Under the pieces are notes generated by a model that saw only the letters and a program-made list of their open reading frames with translations, did no database searches and was not told the DNA's origin. From Candidatus Nitrosopumilus koreensis AR1 (GTDB lineage: Archaea; Thermoproteota; Nitrososphaeria; Nitrososphaerales; Nitrosopumilaceae), in assembly GCF_000299365.1 (NCBI RefSeq), contig NC_018655.1, positions 90,001-122,000 of the forward strand: a DNA stretch of 32,000 nucleotides, read 5' to 3'. How positions within the stretch are numbered: position 1 is the first letter of the stretch; the number at the start of each line of letters is the position of its first letter. This document shows positions 26,042-32,000 of this stretch, piece after piece. Position numbers and translations under genes: made by a program.

Positions 26042-26243
26042 TTCTTTGATTATTTTTTTTAATTTCTAAATCGAGTGGTTTTGAAGAACCGATACCTTCA
26101 GTTGAAGATTCTGATTGTTCTTCTTGAATTTGATTGTTTAATGCAATTTTGATAAAATCATACAAATCATCATATTTTCCATCTTTTACCAAATCCTCAA
26201 TCTTTTTGTATAGATCGCTATCAATGTCTACCTTGATTAGCAT
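26004..26243 (-). CDS. ribbon-helix-helix (CopG/Arc-like) DNA-binding protein
   Basis: MLIKVDIDSDLYKKIEDLVKDGKYDDLYDFIKIALNNQIQEE fits the beta-strand/helix/helix RHH pattern, followed by an acidic/Ser-rich linker. Confidence 0.6.
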   Translation of the reverse strand: MLIKVDIDSDLYKKIEDLVKDGKYDDLYDFIKIALNNQIQEEQSESSTEGIGSSKPLDLEIKKNNQRNAKRITWITNRC

Positions 26244-26246
26244 GGG

Positions 26247-26383
26247 TGTATTTCGTGCCTGTATTATTTAAAATATATAGTAAAACACTCTAAATATTCA
26301 ATGTATTTCGTGTTATACATAGATCCATATGTTATATCCTTTTTAGATACTCTTTTATACTGTATAATACTCTTTATACTGTA
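26247..26383. promoter_or_regulatory. divergent promoter/operator region with two sets of direct repeats
   Basis: TGTATTTCGTG occurs at 26247-26257 and 26302-26312. The tandem pair ATACTCTTTTATACTGTA (26347-26364) and ATACTCTTTATACTGTA (26367-26383) ends 3 nt before the PIN ATG. Both tandem copies contain TATA-like TTTATA. Confidence 0.5.
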
Positions 26384-26386
26384 GGT

Positions 26387-26815
26387 ATGGCAACCGTACA
26401 GTTTGAATCGATGTTGGCTTTAGACTCTTGTGTAGTAATTGCTACAATCAAGAGTCCAAAAATAGCCAGAAAAATTATCCGCATTTTTAGAGGAAACAAT
26501 AGCAGAGTAATCCTTCAAGATGTAGTCTTAAAGGAAGCATCAAAAATTCTTGGAATTCCAAAAGAAGAAGTCCTAGAAAAAATCAGCGCAATTCTCAGAA
26601 AAGAGGTACAGGTATTTACAACAACTGACTCTATGAGAAATGAAGCAACTAGATATGAAAACCAATATGGGATATGTCACAATCCAGACAGTAAAATTCT
26701 AGCTGCGGCAAAGACATTTTCCTGGACACTTCTTACTATGGATAAGAAGATGCTTCAGACTGCAGAGTTTGAAGGAATTTTAGCACTAAACCCAGTATGG
26801 GTGGGAGGAAAATAA
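26387..26815 (+). CDS. PIN-domain nuclease (VapC-like fold)
   Basis: The conserved acidic positions have the expected spacing: LALDSCVVIA (beta1 Asp), ...LKEASK..., ...NPDSKILAAA..., ...LLTMDKKM.... Confidence 0.65.
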   Translation: MATVQFESMLALDSCVVIATIKSPKIARKIIRIFRGNNSRVILQDVVLKEASKILGIPKEEVLEKISAILRKEVQVFTTTDSMRNEATRYENQYGICHNPDSKILAAAKTFSWTLLTMDKKMLQTAEFEGILALNPVWVGGK

Positions 26816-27360
26816 AATTGCCTCATTATTACTTTGATATTGAGACTACGGGACTAGACCCAAAGGTAGATGAAATCCTAACCATTCAATATCAAAAGAT
26901 TTCAGTTCATACAGGTGAAGCTGTAGGCCCACTGACAATTCTGTCTAGTTGGGAATATTCCGAAGAAGACATTGTAAAAGAGATTGCAGTCAACATGCTA
27001 GATGAATACCCTTGGAATTTCGTTCCGGTTGGAAACAATCTGACATTTGAGTTCAAATTTCTGTCTGAGAAATTTAGAAAATATCTTGGAACAGAAATTG
27101 ATGTAGAGTTTTTTGTTACAAGACCTCACATAGATCTCAAATCAGTAATGATACTTGCAAACTCTGGCAAATTCAAAGGATGTCACCTAGTACTTGGAAA
27201 ACAGGGCAATGGCTCTGAAGTTCCAACATGGTATGAAAACGGAGAGTTTCAAAAAATTATTGAGTATGTAAAAGACGAGGCAAATTGTTTTCTCAACTTT
27301 ACATCAGAAGCACAGAAAGTATTGGGAAATAGATTCACGGGAGGACAAAGAAATGTCTGA
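26797..27360 (+). CDS. DEDD-type 3'-5' exonuclease (RNase H-like fold, YprB/PolB-exo-related)
   Basis: Exo I is YYFDIETTGLD. Exo II-like is PVGNNLTFEFKFL. The C-terminal ...IIEYVKDEANCF is Exo III-like. It overlaps the PIN gene by 19 nt. Confidence 0.65.
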   Translation: MGGRKIKLPHYYFDIETTGLDPKVDEILTIQYQKISVHTGEAVGPLTILSSWEYSEEDIVKEIAVNMLDEYPWNFVPVGNNLTFEFKFLSEKFRKYLGTEIDVEFFVTRPHIDLKSVMILANSGKFKGCHLVLGKQGNGSEVPTWYENGEFQKIIEYVKDEANCFLNFTSEAQKVLGNRFTGGQRNV

Positions 27361-27481
27361 CAATCAAAGAGTTGTAAAACTTCCTTCGCAAGTTATTCTT
27401 TTAGTGCTCAAAACTGAGGCTAGAATGGACGAATTTCTGGCAAAACAGGCACAAAAATTGGAGGTTGAGGGTCTTGTCTAA
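27353..27481 (+). CDS. small 42-aa ORF (hypothetical)
   Basis: My translation is MSDNQRVVKLPSQVILLVLKTEARMDEFLAKQAQKLEVEGLV*. Its ATG overlaps the exonuclease stop (ATGTCTGA), and its 3' end overlaps the next gene's TTG start. It is not in the ORF track because it is under 60 aa. Confidence 0.3.
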   Translation: MSDNQRVVKLPSQVILLVLKTEARMDEFLAKQAQKLEVEGLV

Positions 27482-28001
27482 TTCCAAAATCCAAATTTCG
27501 GTAAATGCAATCAAAGGTAAAATTGCCGAAGAGATTGCAAAACAAGATTATCTAAGAAACGGATTTGAAATTCAAGAAACAGGAATTGGAAGTGACTTTA
27601 TTGCAGTAAAGAAAACAAACGATACCATCTACAAAGAATACGTAGATGTAAAGTCCGGCAATGCAAGACTGACCAAGAAACAAAAAGAAACTAAAAATCA
27701 ATTAAGAAAAGAAAACATCTGTTACTCCATATATCGTGTTACAAACCAACATCTAGAATTCCAAATTCAAAATAATCCTCAATTGCAACAACTTTGCCAA
27801 TACTTGGGATTTGACATTTCTCAATATGCCGGAGTGTTTGTTATTCAGGATCCAACTAGTTGTCCTAATTGCGGGTTAGGCGGTGAAGGCTTGCAAGAAA
27901 TTCTATCAAAGTTTGGACTACGCAACATGGGAAATGGAACTGTCAGAGTTCAATCTTGGTGTAGAAATTGCAGGAACTATTCAAGGAGAGGAAAAAAATG
28001 A
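27465..28001 (+). CDS. PD-(D/E)xK nuclease (VRR-NUC/Hjc-like) with C-terminal zinc ribbon
   Basis: GKIAEEIAKQDYLRNGFEI...GSDFIAVKK...YVDVKSGNARLTKKQKE gives the E...D...(D/E)xK...Q pattern. The C-terminus CPNCG...CRNCRN is a zinc ribbon. The start is TTG. Confidence 0.6.
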   Translation: MRVLSNSKIQISVNAIKGKIAEEIAKQDYLRNGFEIQETGIGSDFIAVKKTNDTIYKEYVDVKSGNARLTKKQKETKNQLRKENICYSIYRVTNQHLEFQIQNNPQLQQLCQYLGFDISQYAGVFVIQDPTSCPNCGLGGEGLQEILSKFGLRNMGNGTVRVQSWCRNCRNYSRRGKK

Positions 28002-28156
28002 GATGCAAACTATGCAATTCAGTTCACAAGAATACTTCTAGATACCAATCATGGATTGAACATCAGATATGTCGTACATGCTCTTATGTATTGGATATCT
28101 TTTCTTGGAACTCAAATTATCTTAAAGAGTATTGGGAGGTATCTTTTGCTTCCTGA
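27998..28156 (+). CDS. small zinc-ribbon protein (52 aa)
   Basis: MRCKLCNSVHKNTSRYQSWIEHQICRTCSYVLD has CxxC...CxxC. It has an ATGA overlap with the nuclease stop (ATG 27998-28000, TGA 27999-28001). Confidence 0.45.
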   Translation: MRCKLCNSVHKNTSRYQSWIEHQICRTCSYVLDIFSWNSNYLKEYWEVSFAS

Positions 28157-28415
28157 ATTAATTCCGTCTGTCTCTAGGCATTTTTTGTATTCTATACTAG
28201 AAGATAATCACAAAAGTGGAATGGCAATAATAGAAACCATGGCAGAAGCCCGTCCTGAAGAAATAGGAGAATTTTTGTCTTCCCTAGCTAATTGCCTTGT
28301 TTCTTATTTCTACCAATTAGAAACAGGCTTTAGTGATTACGAGAAAATTCGAATTCAGGCACTAAAAGCACTAAAGAATCCTGATTATGAGGATAACGTG
28401 GAGGAGTGTAATTGA
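28056..28415 (+). CDS. hypothetical protein (start uncertain; acidic helical C-terminus)
   Basis: 119-aa ORF with a TTG start that overlaps the previous ORF by 101 nt. Only the C-terminal part (MAIIETMAEARPEEIGEFL...) looks protein-like, so the true start may be the Met at 28221. Confidence 0.35.
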   Translation: MNIRYVVHALMYWISFLGTQIILKSIGRYLLLPELIPSVSRHFLYSILEDNHKSGMAIIETMAEARPEEIGEFLSSLANCLVSYFYQLETGFSDYEKIRIQALKALKNPDYEDNVEECN

Positions 28416-28452
28416 ATTCAAACAAAATCAGATCAGATTATGAGGATCATAA

Positions 28453-28460
28453 CTTTATAC
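28453..28460 (+). promoter_or_regulatory. TATA-like box (CTTTATAC) upstream of the GHKL cassette
   Basis: The same CTTTATAC octamer occurs in the PIN-operon promoter repeats (26372-26379). It lies about 25-28 nt upstream of the 28482 start, consistent with an archaeal leaderless transcript. This is inference only. Confidence 0.3.
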
Positions 28461-28481
28461 GCGTAGTATCATCAAAAAATA

Positions 28482-29156
28482 TTGGAGGTTTTAATTTTGG
28501 AAACTAGTTTTTTTGACAAGTTAAAGCCATACAAACCAGAGCAGTACAGTTCGAATATCACATTAGACAAACTTGTAACTGTGGGATTGCTAAAATTGGA
28601 TGAAGCAAAAATCGAAAAAAGCTTTGACAATGTTGTGGTGATATTACATAAACTGTTCCCAGAAAAATTCTCGCTAATTACATATCCTCAATATCCTGAC
28701 TCCATTAGAGTTGATAACACACTTAGACTGGATGCAAAAAAACACAGCAAGTATCTTACAGGCAATAGGGTTCAAGGATACGAATTAACCAGTTTAGGAA
28801 AAATCACAGCTGAAGATACACTTGTACAACTAAGTTCATCTAATTCTAGAATAGTTAACAAAATCTCCGGAACTCAAAGAAATAGAGCAACAAGGGCAAT
28901 TGGAGGCGTAAGTAATTCTGATGCATTTAAAAAATATTCTACAAAACAATTTAAGGAAATTAACAGATTTGATGTATGTAGTTTTCTTCATGGAACATTA
29001 GAAACAGATAACGAGAAATTGTTAGCAAACCTCAAAGTCCTAAAGAGATTTGCAAAAGATATTGGAACTCTAAAAGAGTTTGAAGACATATCAAAACAAA
29101 CTTTAGAATTTTTTGATTATATTGAAAAGAATTGGGAGGAGTATTCTCATGACTAG
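28482..29156 (+). CDS. hypothetical protein, first gene of GHKL cassette
   Basis: 224-aa ORF with a TTG start and no motif I can assign. Its stop overlaps the GHKL gene start (ATGACTAG, 29149-29156). Confidence 0.5.
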   Translation: MEVLILETSFFDKLKPYKPEQYSSNITLDKLVTVGLLKLDEAKIEKSFDNVVVILHKLFPEKFSLITYPQYPDSIRVDNTLRLDAKKHSKYLTGNRVQGYELTSLGKITAEDTLVQLSSSNSRIVNKISGTQRNRATRAIGGVSNSDAFKKYSTKQFKEINRFDVCSFLHGTLETDNEKLLANLKVLKRFAKDIGTLKEFEDISKQTLEFFDYIEKNWEEYSHD

Positions 29157-31383
29157 AACTGGCAAAAAACTAATGGCATTAGATGACCGTCTTGTAAGTA
29201 GAATTCAAGAAAGGGGAACTAGGGGAAATGTAATTAAAAGTCTAGCTGAATTGGTCAAAAATTGTGATGATGCTTATGACAGATTAGAATTACAAGGAGA
29301 AAAGACAAGTGGAATTATAGAAATCGGTTATTGGAAATTACCAAAAGGCAAAGGGTTCAGTGTTTCAGGATTTTTTGTAAGGGACTTTGGTGCAGGAATG
29401 TCAACGGAGCAACTAACAAATGCTTACTTTAGTGAATCTCCAGACAAAGGAAACTATGGAAGTGACACTAGTGGAGATACTAGAAATGGTGCCATAGGGG
29501 TAGGCGGAAAGGACTGTTTCAAAAATATGGTCGATTGCCTAATTATTTCTGTTAAAGATAATCAGTTGACAGTTGCAGATATTGAAACAGATGTACGTAC
29601 AGATCGTCTAGCAAGCGAGATTATCTCAGGAGAAGATGCAACACCGTATTTGCAACAAGTAAATAACATGCTAAAAAATTCTGCCGAGTCAATTGACTTA
29701 TCTAAAAACCAAACATTTGCCATGTTCAGACTTCCTGAACATCATAGTGGTTCAAGAACAGATACTTTGGCCGAACAACTAACCAACTTTTACACTCTTA
29801 GATGGATTATGGAATCAAATATTCGTAAAGTGAAATTAATCGATGTAACAACTGGTCAAACATCAATATTAAAACACATTCCCACTCCAGGAGAAGTAAT
29901 TTTTGAAAAATCATTTACCATTCCGTATTCTAATATCGGTTATGACGTACTAGTACAAATCAAAAAATCTGAAACGGACTTGGATCATAAAAGTGACTTT
30001 GGGGAAAATATTCTGATAAAGGATAATCGAGGTGCAATTTTAGATAACAAACTGTTTGGATATGAATCGGATTCTGGTGCAAATAGAATATTTGGACAAG
30101 TTGTAATTAATGATTGGAAAAAACTTTACAGATTAGAAAAAGGAAAAATTCTAACTGATCAACGTGAAGGGCTAGATTATAATCACAAATTCAACAAACT
30201 TTTAGAACAGATAATCAGAACACACCTAAAACCGATTATTGATGCTGAGAAAGAAAAACAAGGCAGTAATCCTAGGCTTGAACAAGGCTTAGACAAGAAT
30301 ATCAAAAAAGCATTTGCGTTTATCAACAAAATTATGATGAAGGATCCTGATGCGGGAACTCATGAAGAAGAACTTCCTGATGTGCCCCCAGAAGGAATTG
30401 AATTTTCAAAACCATCATTAACAATTCCATTTGAAAAAACAAAAAAACTCAAATTATTGTTAAATCCCGGTAGAGTTCCAACTAATTCTGAAATTGCATT
30501 ACGAGTATTTGGTGAGGCAATCACAATAAGTCCTGAAAATTCCATTAGTGCTCCTGGAACATATGACGTAGATGTCCCATATGTGGAAATTGAAATTACA
30601 GGAAAGAAGTTAAACGCAAGAAGTACTCTAAAGGCCTATTTTGGGGAAATGGTGGCAGAAACAGAAATTTTTGTTGTGCCAGAACAATTTTTCCAGCCAA
30701 AACATGGTTTTGCATTTAAGCCCTCCAAAGCCAATTTGATTCCAAAAAAATCGCGAAAAATTAAACTTGTCATAGATACAAATCTTGTAGATCCGGGCAC
30801 ACCAATAGAGATCTCTTGTGATGATGAGAGAGTTGAATTTTCACCCAAAAAACTTACTGTTACAAATCCTCCAAATCTTGGCAAATATCTCACCGAAGAA
30901 ATAATAGAAATTTCATGTAGTAAACTGGGATTAAAGGCAAAGTTAGTTGCTGAAACAAAGACGAATGCAGGTGAAGACAGACAAGCAATATGTGAACTAG
31001 AAGTTAAAGAAAAAGAGCCTCCAAAACAATTTTTCAAAGACTATGAACTAGATCCTAAAGGAGAAAAAAGAGTTCGTTCAAGATTCAAAGATGGAATTAT
31101 CTATGTTCACGTAAATGCTCCTATTTTGTTATTCACTTTTGGTAGAAATCAAAAGAATCTCAGAGATAAGAAAGCAGAGGCCATCTTTATGTTGGCAGAT
31201 ACAGTTGTTCAGAGAATGGCAATGGAATGGGCAACATGGAAGGCCGATAATAATAAACTCGATATACTATCTGATAGAGCTACAGAAATTCAAGTTGAGA
31301 AAAACAGTATTGAATACGAATACGGTCTTCAAATTCATCAAATGATAGTTCAAGGATTTACAAAAAAACTAGAGGATCTTTAA
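29149..31383 (+). CDS. GHKL (Bergerat-fold) ATPase, MORC/paraMORC-like, with tandem beta-rich C-terminal repeats
   Basis: N-box SLAELVKNCDDAYD, G1 box FFVRDFGAGMS, G2 box NGAIGVGGKDCF. The start is placed at MTRTGKK (29149), preceded by GGAGGA at 29135-29140. The ORF track begins at 29113. 744 aa. Confidence 0.7.
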   Translation: MTRTGKKLMALDDRLVSRIQERGTRGNVIKSLAELVKNCDDAYDRLELQGEKTSGIIEIGYWKLPKGKGFSVSGFFVRDFGAGMSTEQLTNAYFSESPDKGNYGSDTSGDTRNGAIGVGGKDCFKNMVDCLIISVKDNQLTVADIETDVRTDRLASEIISGEDATPYLQQVNNMLKNSAESIDLSKNQTFAMFRLPEHHSGSRTDTLAEQLTNFYTLRWIMESNIRKVKLIDVTTGQTSILKHIPTPGEVIFEKSFTIPYSNIGYDVLVQIKKSETDLDHKSDFGENILIKDNRGAILDNKLFGYESDSGANRIFGQVVINDWKKLYRLEKGKILTDQREGLDYNHKFNKLLEQIIRTHLKPIIDAEKEKQGSNPRLEQGLDKNIKKAFAFINKIMMKDPDAGTHEEELPDVPPEGIEFSKPSLTIPFEKTKKLKLLLNPGRVPTNSEIALRVFGEAITISPENSISAPGTYDVDVPYVEIEITGKKLNARSTLKAYFGEMVAETEIFVVPEQFFQPKHGFAFKPSKANLIPKKSRKIKLVIDTNLVDPGTPIEISCDDERVEFSPKKLTVTNPPNLGKYLTEEIIEISCSKLGLKAKLVAETKTNAGEDRQAICELEVKEKEPPKQFFKDYELDPKGEKRVRSRFKDGIIYVHVNAPILLFTFGRNQKNLRDKKAEAIFMLADTVVQRMAMEWATWKADNNKLDILSDRATEIQVEKNSIEYEYGLQIHQMIVQGFTKKLEDL

Positions 31384-31400
31384 TCGGTAAGGAATAAAAA

Positions 31401-31802
31401 ATGGATGCCAATCAAAAAGATTCTGCATTCCATATTGACATTAGTGATTTAGAGGAAATTGAAAAGAAAGAAAGAAAAAGAAAATACATCAATGAATATC
31501 AAAGAAAATATGCCAAAAGATCATATGTAAAAGATAAACTAAGCAAACAAAAACAAAACAAAACACTAACTGAAAAAATTAAGAAACTAGGAACAGAAGA
31601 TCCACATAGGATTTGTAAAAAATTGGGACGTACTAGAGCATACGGACGACGACATCCAGAATACTTTTACCGATGCTCAAAATGTGATGTGTCTTATTCA
31701 GATAAAGAAAAAGAGCATTTCTATAAAGAAAACAAATGCCCATGTTGCCATTTGATGTTAAGACAAAGGAAAACTGTTACTCAAAAGAAAAGTCTCAATT
31801 AA
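31401..31802 (+). CDS. basic zinc-ribbon protein (hypothetical, probable nucleic-acid binding)
   Basis: 133 aa. The N-terminal half is Lys/Arg/Glu-rich (EKKERKRKYINEYQRKYAKRSY). The C-terminus has CSKC...CPCC cysteine pairs. Confidence 0.5.
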   Translation: MDANQKDSAFHIDISDLEEIEKKERKRKYINEYQRKYAKRSYVKDKLSKQKQNKTLTEKIKKLGTEDPHRICKKLGRTRAYGRRHPEYFYRCSKCDVSYSDKEKEHFYKENKCPCCHLMLRQRKTVTQKKSLN

Positions 31803-31909
31803 AGATCTAGTTATAAGTAACATTCAAAAATATGATATTCATACTTAGAGGCATACTAATAAGAATAGTTTGTAGATACACCTGCAGGAGGAGCCTCATC
31901 TCAAAATAA

Positions 31910-31999
31910 TTAGAATCGAACACTTCCTTGTTCATCAAAATCAAGATTAGAATTTATCTTTGCAATTATAGCTGAAATCAATACCAGAACTACACCTAC
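31910..31999 (-). CDS. 3' end of a minus-strand ORF (hydrophobic C-terminus); remainder outside window
   Basis: The minus frame from 31999 reads VGVVLVLISAIIAKINSNLDFDEQGSVRF* with its stop at 31912-31910. It is too short to classify. Confidence 0.25.
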   Translation of the reverse strand, partial: VGVVLVLISAIIAKINSNLDFDEQGSVRF

Positions 32000-32000
32000 A

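Larger units (their letters stand above)
20941..32000. mobile_element. putative integrated virus-derived / mobile genetic element region (left edge approximate, right edge beyond window)
   Basis: Composition and gene content change abruptly right after the SDR promoter. The region has terS-terL, membrane proteins, an RHH regulator, a nuclease operon and a GHKL ATPase cassette, and no housekeeping genes. No integrase or att repeats were found in the window. Confidence 0.5.

Noticed and set aside
26004-26815. RHH plus PIN as a classical VapBC toxin-antitoxin pair.
   Set aside because: The two genes are divergently transcribed and separated by a 143-bp promoter region, rather than co-transcribed antitoxin-then-toxin. 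The PIN gene is translationally coupled to downstream nucleases instead.
24077-31345. Shadow ORFs in the mobile region (24077-24268-, 24175-24366+, 25221-25820+, 30360-30545-, 30636-31037-, 31115-31345+).
   Set aside because: They are embedded in longer, better-supported ORFs. 25221-25820 is a Ser-rich antisense image of the Lys/Glu-rich 284-aa gene.
20900-31909. Direct repeats marking att sites of the inserted region (compared 20900-20977 with 23211-23400, 25135-25186 and 31803-31909).
   Set aside because: Only trivial AT-rich similarities were seen by eye (e.g. TCAAATAATA vs TCAAAATAATT). Nothing was long or specific enough to call, and a computational repeat search is needed.
31895-31930. 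tRNA T-loop-like GTTCGATTC on the minus strand near the window end, as a possible integration target.
   Set aside because: The flanking bases do not form a T-stem (GGAAG is not complementary to the 3' side) and no acceptor or anticodon arms can be drawn. The sequence lies inside a minus-strand coding frame.
1-32000. CRISPR arrays, rRNA genes, IS elements with terminal inverted repeats.
   Set aside because: Reading through the window, I saw no regularly spaced repeats of 24 nt or longer, no rRNA-like conserved stretches and no transposase-like ORFs.

Overview
AT-rich prokaryotic window. Gene content (crenarchaeal-type bifunctional PGI/PMI, MtnA/eIF-2B-like isomerase, TATA-like boxes about 27-30 nt upstream of start codons) suggests an archaeon, probably a marine Nitrosopumilus-like thaumarchaeon; that assignment is inference and unverified. 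There are two parts. (1) Positions 1-20.9 kb are a very low-GC cell-surface glycan island. It holds a CDP-hexose module (RfbF, Zn-ribbon C-methyltransferase, RmlC-like epimerase) and a pseudaminic-acid-type nonulosonic acid cluster (PseB-, PseC-, GNAT-, NeuB/PseI- and cytidylyltransferase-like genes). Extra tailoring genes include a three-domain Rieske / metallo-beta-lactamase / DUF1858 protein with the architecture of animal CMP-Neu5Ac hydroxylase. Core-like genes follow: PGI/PMI, GalE-like, mtnA, DUF59-PqqD and an SDR. Four genes here are split by single-nucleotide frameshifts inside A/T homopolymers. (2) From about 20.94 kb to the window end is a compositionally mosaic, apparently integrated mobile or virus-derived region. 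It contains an orphan, much GC-richer terS-terL pair abutting a host gene and a GC-rich non-coding block with five GAGCTC palindromes. It also has membrane proteins, an RHH regulator, a tightly overlapping nuclease operon (PIN, DEDD exonuclease, PD-(D/E)xK with Zn ribbon) and a three-gene cassette centred on a MORC-like GHKL ATPase. That cassette and the nuclease operon are my best candidates for an undescribed defence or MGE-conflict system. No rRNA, tRNA, CRISPR array or integrase was found in the window.
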